The position numbers were made by a program, and so were the translations under genes. Of a stretch of DNA of 64,000 nt, positions 24,045 through 34,415 are shown in pieces (the first letter of the stretch is position 1; each line of letters starts with the position of its first letter). This DNA is from Curvibacter sp. GTDB lineage: Bacteria > Pseudomonadota > Gammaproteobacteria > Burkholderiales > Burkholderiaceae_C. The stretch spans positions 1,037 through 65,036 of the forward strand of contig REAW01000013.1 of the NCBI GenBank assembly GCA_004293725.1, read 5' to 3'. The notes under the pieces were generated by a model. That model saw nothing but the letters and a program-made list of their open reading frames with translations, ran no database searches and was not told where the DNA came from.

Positions 24045-24797
24045 TTAGGCGGCGGCTTCACTCACTTCAACGAATTCATCTTCGCTTTCAGCAGAGACTG
24101 CCTTGACCACGTCGTCAACTGCATTGGCACGTCCTTCCAAAATCGCGTCGGCAATACCACGGGCGTACAGTGCAACTGCCTTCGAGGAGTCGTCATTGCC
24201 AGGGATCACGTAGTCGATACCTTCGGGGGAATGGTTGGAGTCCACCACACCAATCAAAGGAATACCTAGTTTGCGGGCTTCTGCAATAGCAATCTTGTGG
24301 TAGCCCACGTCGATCACAAAAATTGCATCTGGCAAGGTGTTCATATCCTGAATACCGCCTATGTCTTTTTCCAGCTTCTCCAGCTCACGGGCAAACATCA
24401 ACTGTTCTTTTTTGCTCATACTGTCCAGACCAGCTTCTTGCTGAACTTTCATGTCCTTCAGACGCTTGATGGAAGTCTTTACAGTTTTGAAGTTGGTCAG
24501 CATGCCACCCAACCAGCGCTGGTCTACAAAGGGCACGCCGGCACGCTGAGCTTCAGCAGAGACAATTTCTCGAGCTTGGCGCTTAGTTCCCACCATGAGA
24601 ATAGTGCCGCGCTTAGCAGACAGTTGGCGGACAAACTTGGCTGCATCCTGGAACATCGGCAAAGACTTTTCCAGGTTGATGATGTGAATTTTGTTGCGGT
24701 GACCAAAGATGAACGGGGCCATCTTGGGATTCCAGAAACGGGTTTGGTGTCCAAAGTGAACGCCTGCTTCCAGCATTTCTCGCATAGTAACTGCCAT
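24045..24797 (-). CDS. rpsB: 30S ribosomal protein S2
   Basis: [33 protein letters not shown]. Confidence 0.99.
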   Translation of the reverse strand: MAVTMREMLEAGVHFGHQTRFWNPKMAPFIFGHRNKIHIINLEKSLPMFQDAAKFVRQLSAKRGTILMVGTKRQAREIVSAEAQRAGVPFVDQRWLGGMLTNFKTVKTSIKRLKDMKVQQEAGLDSMSKKEQLMFARELEKLEKDIGGIQDMNTLPDAIFVIDVGYHKIAIAEARKLGIPLIGVVDSNHSPEGIDYVIPGNDDSSKAVALYARGIADAILEGRANAVDDVVKAVSAESEDEFVEVSEAAA

Positions 24798-24804
24798 AAT
24801 TAAC

Positions 24805-24890
24805 TCCAAAGGTTAGGTCTTAAATCCGATCCGCTCATCGCTCCTGCGTTCACAGTTGCAACACCTTGGCTGGACCGGTTTGTGATTGCT
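24805..24890 (-). promoter_or_regulatory. Putative rpsB leader (S2 autoregulatory, t44-like)
   Basis: Position 5' of rpsB; can form a long stem enclosing a GGTGT-containing segment; no covariance test possible. Confidence 0.4.
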
Positions 24891-25079
24891 AATGCTAGGC
24901 GCGGATGCAATCCCAGCAAAGCCGTTCGATTCTATCACGCAGGCTTCGCGAGAAAAACCCATCTATTGCGGAATTTTTCGCACACAAACACAGACTTGGC
25001 CGCGAATTGCCAATGCGCTTGTGAAAAAATCATGACCTTCAGAAGCGCATAATTCTTGACAGAGTCCCAGAAAGTAACG

Positions 25080-26339
25080 ATGAGAATAATAGTAGTAGGC
25101 GCCGGTGTCATTGGTATTGCCACGGCCTATGAGCTGGCTGTGGATGGCCATGCCGTCACCGTTTTGGACAAGTCTGCAGCGGCTTGCGAGGAAGCCAGCT
25201 TTGCAAACGGCGGTCTGGTAGCACCTAGCATGCTTCTTCCATTTGCATTTCCCGTTGAAACGGGAAATGTCATAAAGCGGTTTTTGGGTACTGGACTTAG
25301 GTTGACCCGAAGACCATGGCGCTCGTTGCATGAAATAAAGTCTCTGTGGCGTTGGACAAGAGCCAACGGTCACGACAAACGCGAAGGGCGAATCATCAGC
25401 GGGCAGGCTTTGGGCCGTTTTAGCGCAGAACGCTTGCAGCATATCGTTGAAATCTTCCAGATGGAGATAGAGCGCAGTGAAGGGCAACTGGTACTTTTGC
25501 GCACCGAACAAGCGCTGCAACACTTAGAACTGACTTTAGAGGCCCTGAAAAGCCAGGGCATCGCTTGCAAAACATTGAGCCCCGAAGAGGCGCGCAAACA
25601 GGAACCTTCCTTGCACGCTGAGCCCCCCTTTCACGCCGCCCTGTGGCTTCCCGGCGACCAAGTTGCCAACTGCCGGCAATTCGCTTTGGAACTGAAAGCC
25701 ATTACCCAGAAAATGGGGGTCAAATTCCAGTTCGGAGCGGAGGTTCAAGAACTTAGCTTGCAACCACGACCATCCCTCACAGTCGCAAACGCCCAAGGAA
25801 CCGAAGTCATATCGGCTGACCATGTTGTGCTGTGCACTGGCCAGGCACCACTGCATTTGTTGGTTAAGCATCCTTTGCACATCCCCATGGTGGCGCTGCA
25901 TGGGTATGCCTTGAGTGTGGCTGTGCGCGAGCCATTGAATGCACCGCGGAGTGCAGTGCACGACATACATGATGACCTGACCATCAACCGCTTAGGTAAC
26001 CGTATCCGCGTTAGTGCCGGAGCGGAGCTAGGCCATAAGCCGACAATGAAGGATGAAAAAGTGGTCAACGCCATGTACCGCGCCTTGGATCGGTATTTCC
26101 CTGGAGCGGCCAATTACCCTGCCGGAACCCAAGTCTGGCACGGTACGCGCCACACCATCGTCGATGGACTACCCGCCATTGGAGAAAGCGGACTAACCCA
26201 TTTATCCCTCAATATCGGTCACGGCGCCTGCGGCTGGACGTGGGCCTGCGGTTCGGCCCGGATGTTGGCCGATCAAGTTTCCGGGCAGCCTTCAGCATTG
26301 ACAACCACACCCTTTTTGCCGACCCGTTTTCTCCGTTAA
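25080..26339 (+). CDS. FAD-dependent D-amino acid dehydrogenase-like oxidoreductase
   Basis: GAGVIG, SFANGG, GHGACGWT; DAO family, divergent from canonical DadA. Confidence 0.85.
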   Translation: MRIIVVGAGVIGIATAYELAVDGHAVTVLDKSAAACEEASFANGGLVAPSMLLPFAFPVETGNVIKRFLGTGLRLTRRPWRSLHEIKSLWRWTRANGHDKREGRIISGQALGRFSAERLQHIVEIFQMEIERSEGQLVLLRTEQALQHLELTLEALKSQGIACKTLSPEEARKQEPSLHAEPPFHAALWLPGDQVANCRQFALELKAITQKMGVKFQFGAEVQELSLQPRPSLTVANAQGTEVISADHVVLCTGQAPLHLLVKHPLHIPMVALHGYALSVAVREPLNAPRSAVHDIHDDLTINRLGNRIRVSAGAELGHKPTMKDEKVVNAMYRALDRYFPGAANYPAGTQVWHGTRHTIVDGLPAIGESGLTHLSLNIGHGACGWTWACGSARMLADQVSGQPSALTTTPFLPTRFLR

Positions 26340-26394
26340 AAAAATTTGTGGGCGCCGCCAGTGCTGACACAATGCGCTAAAAGGGTGTTTATCC

Positions 26395-27237
26395 ATGAGT
26401 CCTGAGCTTTCGCAAAAACTGACGGCCGCGGTTGATGGCATGCCCGCTTTCCCAAAAAGCGTGCAACGCATTTTGGAACTCACTCGCGACGTCAACAGTA
26501 CCCCGAAAGACCTGGTTGACGTTATCGACAAAGACCCCGTGGTCACCGTCAAGATACTCAAGGTTGTTAACTCGGCTTACTACAGTCTGCCCAAGCAAAT
26601 TACGTCGATTGGGCACGCCGTCGTGTATTTGGGCTTCAACACCGTCAAAAACCTCGCGTTGAGCATTGCCGCTATCGGCATGATGCCAAAAGACAACGCA
26701 GCAGGGTTTGATGTGCAGCAGTACTTGTTGCATTCACTGGCCACTGCGGGCATAGCCAAGCAGCTGGCGCTCAAAGTGGACGATGCAGAACCCATGGATT
26801 GCTTTATTGCGGGATTGCTCCACGATTTTGGCAAAGTGGTGTTTGCCCAGTTCATGCCCACCGAGTTTCGGGCTGCGTTGCTAATCAGCGCGCAGAATCA
26901 AACATCGCTCCACGCGGCACTGCAAATCACCGTCGGTACAGACCACGCTGTCGTTGGCGCTATGCTGGCCGAGAAATGGCGGTTTGCGCCCCATTTGATT
27001 AATACCATATTGCACCAGCGCGTGGAGGACCTCAAGGACACAGACATGATTGCCTGTGTGTTTGCAGCAAATCAGATCAGCAAAAAGTTGCAGTACGGCT
27101 TTGCGGGCAACCACAAAGTGGAAGAGCTGCCCGATACAGTACAGAAACGCCTAGGCGGCGATCTGAACGCGGTGATTGCATCCATGGGCGACCTGGACAC
27201 CCTGTTTGCAGAAGCTCAGGTTTTTGCCAAACTGTGA
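26395..27237 (+). CDS. Stand-alone HDOD domain protein
   Basis: DPVVTVKILKVVNSAYY, AGLLHDFGK, DHAVVG..LAEKW. Confidence 0.9.
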   Translation: MSPELSQKLTAAVDGMPAFPKSVQRILELTRDVNSTPKDLVDVIDKDPVVTVKILKVVNSAYYSLPKQITSIGHAVVYLGFNTVKNLALSIAAIGMMPKDNAAGFDVQQYLLHSLATAGIAKQLALKVDDAEPMDCFIAGLLHDFGKVVFAQFMPTEFRAALLISAQNQTSLHAALQITVGTDHAVVGAMLAEKWRFAPHLINTILHQRVEDLKDTDMIACVFAANQISKKLQYGFAGNHKVEELPDTVQKRLGGDLNAVIASMGDLDTLFAEAQVFAKL

Positions 27238-27247
27238 AGGAGACAAC

Positions 27248-28135
27248 ATGAAGGTGAAGTTTTGGGGTGTTCGTGGATCCATTGCTTCGCCGGGTCCCAA
27301 AACCGTCCGTTATGGTGGCAACACCACATGCATTGAAATACGCACCGACAACAACGAACTCATCATTTTGGACGCAGGCACCGGCATTTTCCCGTTGTCG
27401 CAAACCCTGCTGGCCGAGTTGCCCGTCACCGCCAACGTGTTGATCACTCACTCCCATTGGGATCACATCCAAGGCTTACCCTTTTTCATCCCCAACTTCA
27501 TTCCAGGCAACACCTTACGCCTGCATGGTTGCTTTGACCCGGTCTCGGGCAAAGGAATAGAACAAGTGATGGCAGTTCAGTTGCAGTACAGCTACTTTCC
27601 AGTGCGAGAAGCCGAGATGAAAGCGAAGATTGAATATGTCACCCTGATGCCGGAACAACCCATTCAGATTGGTTCCGCCACCGTGACACCCTACTTGCTG
27701 AATCACCCGGTTATCAATTTTGGCTACCGCATCGAATGCAACGGCAAATCGGTTTTTTTCACTGGCGACCACGAGCCGCCCTACAACATCTATGCACCCA
27801 GTGATGAGGCGCATGCCGAGTACCAGGTGTTCGTGGATGAGAAACAAAGGTCCATCCAGCAGGCCATCCTTGGTGTGGACGTCTATATCGCGGACAGCTC
27901 CTACACCGATACAGAATACCCTGCAAAACAAGGATGGGGACACGGCACGTTCAGCACCAGCATTGTCAGCGCGCATCACGCGGGAGCTAAGGTTCTGTAC
28001 TGCACCCACCACGAACCGACGCGCAGCGACGATACACTCGAACAGGTATTCGCCGATGCGCTAGCCACCAATGCCGCGTTGGCAACTGGCATGGACATAC
28101 GATTGGCCCGAGAAGGCGATGCCTACGAATTCTGA
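27248..28135 (+). CDS. MBL-fold metallo-hydrolase
   Basis: FWGVRGS, YGGNTTC, THSHWDHIQG, WGH, HHEP; AAGGAG SD. Confidence 0.92.
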   Translation: MKVKFWGVRGSIASPGPKTVRYGGNTTCIEIRTDNNELIILDAGTGIFPLSQTLLAELPVTANVLITHSHWDHIQGLPFFIPNFIPGNTLRLHGCFDPVSGKGIEQVMAVQLQYSYFPVREAEMKAKIEYVTLMPEQPIQIGSATVTPYLLNHPVINFGYRIECNGKSVFFTGDHEPPYNIYAPSDEAHAEYQVFVDEKQRSIQQAILGVDVYIADSSYTDTEYPAKQGWGHGTFSTSIVSAHHAGAKVLYCTHHEPTRSDDTLEQVFADALATNAALATGMDIRLAREGDAYEF

Positions 28136-29588
28136 GTGGGTACTGGGTCCCCAGGGACCCCTTAGCAACACACCCTACCCGCTGCTGTGCACAGCAGCGT
28201 TACGCGCAGTTGAGGTCCAGTTCGCCAGTACCCTCCCCGCCCATACCCTGATGCGGCGTGCAGGACTGGCCTTGGCGCAACTCACATTAGCTTACGCTCC
28301 GCATGCCCAGAGCGTGTGGGTTGCCTGCGGTCGCGGCAATAATGGAGGGGACGGTTTCGAAGCCGCCATCCACCTACAACACTGGGGCAAAAAGGTATGG
28401 CTGTCCTTGCCAGACTCTCCCCAGCCACTGCCAACCGATGCAGCGGCATCGCTCCAACGAGCTCAAGCCTCAGGAGTCGCCATCCACCATGGGCCGCCAA
28501 CTCAGTGGGACGTGTGTATTGATGCACTCTTGGGCATCGGCCTGCGTGAAGCGCCCACTGGCGCTCCACTAGCGGCTATACAGACAATGCTAAGTGGCAA
28601 CGGGCACATAATTGCCGCAGATGTGCCCAGTGGCTTGATCGCGGAAACTGGCCACGCCCCGGGGGCATGCGTACGGGCGCGTGCCACACTTTCGTTTCTG
28701 GCCCTAAAACCCGGCCTCTTCACCGCCCATGGTCGCGATGTTTGCGGCGATATTTGGCTAAATGAACTAGAGCACACCTTCTTTGCGTCGCCTGATGCCT
28801 GGCTAAACACAGGCCTACGCGAATTGCCGCGCCTGCATGCGTCTCACAAAGGCAACTTTGGCGATGTAGCCGTTATAGGAGGCGCTACTGGCATGGTAGG
28901 GGCCGCCCTACTAGCAGGCACAGCTGCCCTGCACAGTGGTGCAGGACGTGTCTATCTATCGTTATTGGCCCCCGGTGATCACGATGCTGTTTTCGCAACC
29001 TACCCTGGGCTCATGCAAAGCAGTGTGGAAAACCTCGCCATAGCCCAGATGGCTGTGGTGGCGGGGTGCGGTGGCGGCAGTGCCATTGGCATCCATATCC
29101 CCCGCCTTCTTGCTGAGGCCAGGCAATTGGTACTCGATGCTGACGCGTTGAACGCACTGGCACAATTTCCCGACTGGCGCCCAGCGCTGGCTGCACGCCC
29201 GATGGGAACCACTGCACTAACACCCCACCCGTTGGAGGCTGCGCGACTGCTGGGCTGCAGCACCGCTGATGTGCAAAAAAACCGTCTTGTCAGCGCACAA
29301 GAACTGGCCCACACCTTCCAATGCACGGTCGTTCTCAAGGGATCTGGAACCATCATCGCCAACCCCAAAGAGGTGCCCCACATCAACCCGACGGGCAATG
29401 CCAGACTGGCCACGGCTGGCACGGGCGATGTACTGGCCGGCCTGCTTGGAAGCCTGATGGCTCAGGGGCAAAACAGTTTCGAGGCCGCCAGCAACGCTTG
29501 CTACCGACAAGGACAAGTGGCGGACCAATGGCCTGCGGGAACATCACTGACATCACCTAGTCTGGCTGCAAGAATCCAAGCCAAATAA
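28119..29588 (+). CDS. nnr: Bifunctional NAD(P)HX epimerase/dehydratase
   Basis: GRGNNGGDG, DVPSG, HKG, DADALN, TPHPLEAARL, AGTGDVLAG. Confidence 0.93.
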   Translation: MPTNSEWVLGPQGPLSNTPYPLLCTAALRAVEVQFASTLPAHTLMRRAGLALAQLTLAYAPHAQSVWVACGRGNNGGDGFEAAIHLQHWGKKVWLSLPDSPQPLPTDAAASLQRAQASGVAIHHGPPTQWDVCIDALLGIGLREAPTGAPLAAIQTMLSGNGHIIAADVPSGLIAETGHAPGACVRARATLSFLALKPGLFTAHGRDVCGDIWLNELEHTFFASPDAWLNTGLRELPRLHASHKGNFGDVAVIGGATGMVGAALLAGTAALHSGAGRVYLSLLAPGDHDAVFATYPGLMQSSVENLAIAQMAVVAGCGGGSAIGIHIPRLLAEARQLVLDADALNALAQFPDWRPALAARPMGTTALTPHPLEAARLLGCSTADVQKNRLVSAQELAHTFQCTVVLKGSGTIIANPKEVPHINPTGNARLATAGTGDVLAGLLGSLMAQGQNSFEAASNACYRQGQVADQWPAGTSLTSPSLAARIQAK

Positions 29589-29637
29589 GCACCTAGCCCA
29601 AGTCCAGCATGCGCAAGCAGCTATCTTTTATATAGCA
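29574..29637 (-). repeat. Dispersed ~60-bp element, copy 4 (overlaps nnr stop)
   Basis: Reverse complement TGCTAT-ATAAAAG-ATAGCTG-CTT-GCGCA-TGCTGGACTTGG-GCT. Confidence 0.85.
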
Positions 29638-29686
29638 CCGCAGACTTCATCGCCATCTATGGGTTACAACGGGCGGCCACTGGCAC

Positions 29687-31969
29687 TTATCGCCGTTGTT
29701 TCTTGGTCATTTTCTTCGAAGTGCCAGTGGCTTTGTCATTCGTCCGTGCGCTGCGCGAGGCTTTGGACGCAGCTCGCTGTAGCGCTTTACCCTTGAACGC
29801 AGCACCGACATCCGAGTCCACCCGGTCAGCGAACTCTGGCCGCCCCTTGACTTCCCGCATGCTCTTGTCAGCCACAGCACGCGGCTGCAAGCTTTGGCCT
29901 TCTTGTACCAATCGGAAGTCAATCTTTCTGCCATCCAGGTCAACACGACTTACTTGAATGCGCACCCGCGTCCCAATGGCATAGCGAATACCTGTGCGTT
30001 CTCCACGCAATTCTTGGCGCAATTCGTCGAAGCGAAAATACTCCCCGCCTAACTCCGTGATGTGCACCAAACCCTCAACATACATCGCGTCCAGTGTCAC
30101 AAACAGGCCAAAAGTGGTGGCCGAGCTGACCACTCCAGAGTACTCCTCGCCCAAGTGCTCGCGCATGTATTTGCACTTAAGCCAAGCCTCCACGTCACGG
30201 CTTGCCTCATCAGCTCGGCGCTCGTTGGCACTGCAGTGCAAGCCGGCAGCCTGCCAAGCCATGCCCTCGGCATTCATTTTCTTGGGCTTGGTACCCGGCT
30301 CTACCACGCGGCTGGCCAGGTTTTTCTCTAAACGGCGTGCCAACTTGGCGTGCGCCTCGCCAGGTGTCGGCAACGTCGGCAACTGATACTTGGCCTTGGC
30401 CAAAATCGCCTTAATTACCCTGTGCACCAGCAGATCGGGGTAACGACGGATCGGACTGGTGAAGTGGGTATAGGCATCAAACGCTAACCCGAAATGACCA
30501 CTGTTGATTGGCGTGTAAATCGCCTGCGACATGGAACGCAACAACATCGAGTGGATTTGTTGCGCGTCCGGCCGATCTTTGGTGGCCATGGCAATGGCTT
30601 GGAACTCGCCTGGCGAAGGCTTGTCACTAATACTCAAGCCTATGCCGCTGGCTTTGAGGTAATTGCGCAGGGTTTCCTGCTTTTCCGGCGTGGGGCCTTC
30701 GTGCACTCGGAATAAACCGGAATGCTTGTTTTGCGCAATGAAATCCGCGCTACACACGTTAGCGGCCAACATAGCCTCTTCAATCAACCGGTGGGCGGTG
30801 TTGCGGGTGCGCGGTACGATTTTTTCGATGCGTCCGTTTTCGTCGCATACGATTTGCGTTTCGGTGGTTTCAAAGTCAACCGCACCGCGCTTGTGACGCG
30901 ACTTCAGAAGCGCTTGATACACACCATGCAAGTCTAGTAACTGCGGCACAAGATCCCGCCGCTTGCTTGCCTCTGGCCCACGTGTGTTACCCAAAATTGC
31001 AGCCACTTCGGTATACGTAAAGCGCGCGTGGCTCCACATCACTGCAGGATAAAACTGATAAGCATCGACCTCACCCTCTTCGGTGACGAACATATCGCAC
31101 ACCATGCATAAACGCTCAACTTCAGGGTTCAAGGAACACAAGCCGTTAGAGAGTTTCTCGGGCAGCATGGGAATTACCCGGCGCGGAAAATACACGCTGG
31201 TGGCGCGATCGTAGGCGTCCACGTCAATCGTTGAACCTGTCTCCACATAGTGGCTTACATCTGCAATGGCCACCAACAGACGCCAGCCCTTTAGAGCAGT
31301 TTTTCCGCGCCCTTTGGTTGCTGGTTCACAGTACACCGCATCATCAAAGTCGCGCGCATCTTCGCCATCGATAGTGACCAGTGGAATATCGGTAAGGTCG
31401 ACGCGCTGCAACTTGTCTTGGGGGCGCACTTTGTCAGGTAGCGTTCGGGCTAACGCAATACACGCATCTGAAAACTCGTGGGGCACGCTGTACTTGCGCA
31501 CGGCAATTTCAATCTCCATGCCGGGATCGTCTACCTCACCCAACACCTCTTTGATGCGCCCAACAGGTTGACCGAATAATGCAGGAGGCTCAACCAATTC
31601 GACGACAACAACTTGCCCCGGTTTAGCCGCACTGGTCGCCCCTTTGGGGATTAGAACATCCTGGCCGTAACGCTTGTCTTCAGGCGCGACCAACCATACA
31701 CCGCTCTCTTGCAAGAGACGGCCAATGATGGGCTGGGTAGAACGCTCCACGATCTCTACGACACGCCCCTCAGGGCGTCCCTTCCGATCACTCCGAACGA
31801 TGCGTACCTTGACGCGATCCTTGTGGAGCACGGCACGCATTTCATTGGGGGGAAGATAAATGTCAGAGGCCCCATCATCACGGGAAACAAAACCGTGCCC
31901 GTCGCGATGCCCCTGCACCACTCCCTCAACTTCTTCCAGCAAGCTGCTGTTGGCGCTTAAATTTTTGAT
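29687..31969 (-). CDS. rnr: Ribonuclease R (start codon uncertain: ATC 31969 or TTG 31942)
   Basis: GHRDGHGF cold-shock domain, TIDGEDARDFDDA, HFTSPIRRYPD, S1 domain, basic tail. Confidence 0.93.
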   Translation of the reverse strand: MKNLSANSSLLEEVEGVVQGHRDGHGFVSRDDGASDIYLPPNEMRAVLHKDRVKVRIVRSDRKGRPEGRVVEIVERSTQPIIGRLLQESGVWLVAPEDKRYGQDVLIPKGATSAAKPGQVVVVELVEPPALFGQPVGRIKEVLGEVDDPGMEIEIAVRKYSVPHEFSDACIALARTLPDKVRPQDKLQRVDLTDIPLVTIDGEDARDFDDAVYCEPATKGRGKTALKGWRLLVAIADVSHYVETGSTIDVDAYDRATSVYFPRRVIPMLPEKLSNGLCSLNPEVERLCMVCDMFVTEEGEVDAYQFYPAVMWSHARFTYTEVAAILGNTRGPEASKRRDLVPQLLDLHGVYQALLKSRHKRGAVDFETTETQIVCDENGRIEKIVPRTRNTAHRLIEEAMLAANVCSADFIAQNKHSGLFRVHEGPTPEKQETLRNYLKASGIGLSISDKPSPGEFQAIAMATKDRPDAQQIHSMLLRSMSQAIYTPINSGHFGLAFDAYTHFTSPIRRYPDLLVHRVIKAILAKAKYQLPTLPTPGEAHAKLARRLEKNLASRVVEPGTKPKKMNAEGMAWQAAGLHCSANERRADEASRDVEAWLKCKYMREHLGEEYSGVVSSATTFGLFVTLDAMYVEGLVHITELGGEYFRFDELRQELRGERTGIRYAIGTRVRIQVSRVDLDGRKIDFRLVQEGQSLQPRAVADKSMREVKGRPEFADRVDSDVGAAFKGKALQRAASKASRSARTNDKATGTSKKMTKKQRR

Positions 31970-31991
31970 ATACTTCTCTCTTTCCTGAGAT

Positions 31992-32076
<85 letters not shown>

Positions 32077-32098
32077 ACAATGGTAATGTAGATATGTA

Positions 32099-32129
32099 AA
32101 AGCCGCTGTGAAAACAGCGGCTTTTTTTT
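32099..32129 (+). terminator. Intrinsic terminator after tRNA-Leu (possibly bidirectional with rimO)
   Basis: AAAGCCGCTGT-GAAA-ACAGCGGCTTTTTTTT. Confidence 0.85.
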
Positions 32130-32183
32130 GCCTGTTTGATTCATGCCACTGACCTGTTGTTGCTTGGGTCGGTGGCATAGAAA

Positions 32184-33587
32184 TCAAATGGGCAAGGCCA
32201 CCAGATCGTGTCCTTGTGCACTTACTATGCGCGCCTTGGTGAACTCACCGACCTTCAATGTCTTGCTGATTTTTTCGGGTGGAAGTAAACGCACCACACC
32301 ATCAATCTCAGGCGCATCCGCGTAGCTGCGGCCTACACCACCTTTACGCCCCATCGCAGGAGCAGAATCCACCAAGACCTGCATCACCGAGCCCACGCGG
32401 CGCTGCAGTCGCGCAGCAGATACTTCCTCCGCCACAGCCATGAAACGCACACGTCGCTCTTCACGCAGTTCAATTGGCAGCATGCCAGGCAAGTCATTGG
32501 CGGTTGCGCCATTCACGGCGCTATAGGCAAAGCAGCCTGCGCGGTCAATCTGAGCTTCCCGAATGAAGTCCAGCAGATGCTCAAACTCGGCTTCGGTTTC
32601 ACCGGGGAAGCCCGCAATGAATGTGCTACGCACCACAAGCTCGGGACAGGCTTCACGCCATTGTTGCAAACGATCCAGATTCTTCTCGCCGCTGGCGGGG
32701 CGCTTCATGCGGCGCAGCACATCAGGATGGCTATGTTGCAGCGGTACATCCAGGTACGGAAGTACACGGCCCGTGGCCATTAAAGGAACAATGTCATCTA
32801 CGCTGGGATAGGGGTACACATAATGCAAACGCACCCAAGCACCATAGGGCTCGGCAATGTCACCCAGCGACTGGACCAGCTCCAACATACGGGTTTTTAC
32901 CGGCTTTCCATCCCAGAAACCAGTACGGTATTTCACATCCACGCCATACGCCGAGGTGTCCTGACTTATCACCAGCAGCTCTTTCACCCCGCCTTCGAAC
33001 AGTGCTTTCGCCTCCATCAAGACATCACCAATCGGTCGAGAAACCAAGTCACCGCGCATGCTGGGAATGATGCAGAAAGTGCAGCGGTGGTTGCAGCCCT
33101 CGCTGATTTTCAAATACGCGTAGTGACGCGGCGTGAGCTTAATTCCTGCCACGCCAAAGGACTGCGGCACTAGATCCAGAAACGGATCATGAGGTTTGGG
33201 GAGGTTCAGATGCACCGCATCCATGACTTCTTGCGTAGCGTGCGGGCCAGTGACCGCCAACACTTTGGGATGCATCTGGCGCACCATGTTTTCACCACCG
33301 TCAGTGGTCTTGGCACCGAGGCATCCAGTAACGATGACGCGGCCGTTTTCAGCCAGTGCCTCGCCGATGGTATCCAGGCTTTCCTTGACGGCATCATCAA
33401 TAAAGCCACAGGTATTCACGATTACCAGATCCGCACCCTTAAAGGTCTTGGATGTTTGATAACCCTCTGCGCTCAGTTGCGTGAGGATCAGTTCGGAGTC
33501 GGTCAGCGCTTTTGGGCATCCCAAGCTTACGAAGCCGACTTTAGGCGCAACCTGCACCGGATGGATGGGAGTCAATACGTCTGTCAT
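32184..33587 (-). CDS. rimO: Ribosomal protein S12 methylthiotransferase
   Basis: [22 protein letters not shown] radical SAM motif, DAPEIDG TRAM domain. Confidence 0.97.
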   Translation of the reverse strand: MTDVLTPIHPVQVAPKVGFVSLGCPKALTDSELILTQLSAEGYQTSKTFKGADLVIVNTCGFIDDAVKESLDTIGEALAENGRVIVTGCLGAKTTDGGENMVRQMHPKVLAVTGPHATQEVMDAVHLNLPKPHDPFLDLVPQSFGVAGIKLTPRHYAYLKISEGCNHRCTFCIIPSMRGDLVSRPIGDVLMEAKALFEGGVKELLVISQDTSAYGVDVKYRTGFWDGKPVKTRMLELVQSLGDIAEPYGAWVRLHYVYPYPSVDDIVPLMATGRVLPYLDVPLQHSHPDVLRRMKRPASGEKNLDRLQQWREACPELVVRSTFIAGFPGETEAEFEHLLDFIREAQIDRAGCFAYSAVNGATANDLPGMLPIELREERRVRFMAVAEEVSAARLQRRVGSVMQVLVDSAPAMGRKGGVGRSYADAPEIDGVVRLLPPEKISKTLKVGEFTKARIVSAQGHDLVALPI

Positions 33588-33638
33588 ATCTGTGTATCAA
33601 TAAGACCAGCCCCGCCCACCGAAAAGACCTGAATGCGC

Positions 33639-34088
33639 CTAGCGCTTCAGGCCAAAGGTGCCGAGGAACTGCTCGGTTTGTTTTTGCATTTGTTCCTGCA
33701 TTTGCTGGAACACATTGTTGCTCATGACACCCTGCACCATGGGTACCTGCATATCCATCAGTGCCTGCATGTTCTTCTCTAGATACCCCCCCATCATTCC
33801 TTGCATGGCATGGCCATAAAAACGAATGATGTGTGAGAGAACGGGCGTGGTAAACATGGGCGAACCATTCGCCTCTTCTTCCAGAATGATCTGCAACAAA
33901 ATGCTGCGCGTAATGTCATCACCCGACTTTGCATCCACTACAGAAAACACTTCACTGTCCATCACCAATTGCTTGATCTCAGCCAATGTGATGTAGGTGG
34001 AGGTATCGGTATCGTACAGACGACGGTTCGGGTACTTCTTGATAACCCGTTGGGACTTTTTCGAATCTTTGGAAGCAGTTTTTTGCAT
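33639..34088 (-). CDS. phaR: PHA synthesis repressor PhaR
   Basis: IKKYPNRRLYDT, DITRSILLQIILEEE, IRFYG. Confidence 0.95.
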   Translation of the reverse strand: MQKTASKDSKKSQRVIKKYPNRRLYDTDTSTYITLAEIKQLVMDSEVFSVVDAKSGDDITRSILLQIILEEEANGSPMFTTPVLSHIIRFYGHAMQGMMGGYLEKNMQALMDMQVPMVQGVMSNNVFQQMQEQMQKQTEQFLGTFGLKR

Positions 34089-34123
34089 TGCGATCGCTCA
34101 ACACTAGTAGTGGGAGCCAAATG

Positions 34124-34140
34124 GTGTTGCACTGCAGCAC
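34124..34140. promoter_or_regulatory. Putative PhaR autoregulatory box
   Basis: GTGTTGCACTGCAGCAC near-palindrome of TGC/GCA units directly upstream of phaR. Confidence 0.5.
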
Positions 34141-34205
34141 ATTCTAGGGAGTGACCGCCCGGCATTGACCTAGGATAACCCTAGGAGCAGGAGATGCTGA
34201 AAAAT

Positions 34206-34282
34206 TGGTAGGCGCAATTGGACTCGAACCAACGACCCCCACCATGTCAAGGTGGTGCTCTAACCAGCTGAGCTATGCGCCT
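34206..34282 (-). tRNA. tRNA-Val (anticodon GAC)
   Basis: Minus strand AGGCGCA...CCACC-TTGACAT-GGTGG...GGTTCGAGTCC...CCA; 77 nt. Confidence 0.97.
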
Positions 34283-34366
34283 ACATTATTCGAGAGGCCG
34301 AAGTATAGCAGCATAAATTCTAGCCATGGCCCACTTACAAAGAAGTCGCGTGGCCCTGCGTCATAA

Positions 34367-34388
34367 TTGACGTTTACGTAAACGTCAA
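34367..34388. promoter_or_regulatory. LiuR-like (MerR family) operator
   Basis: Perfect 22-bp palindrome TTGACGTTTACGTAAACGTCAA containing ACGT-WW-ACGT twice; upstream of an acyl-CoA dehydrogenase gene. Confidence 0.75.
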
Positions 34389-34415
34389 ACTACTTAACCA
34401 ACCAAGGAGTCTTCA

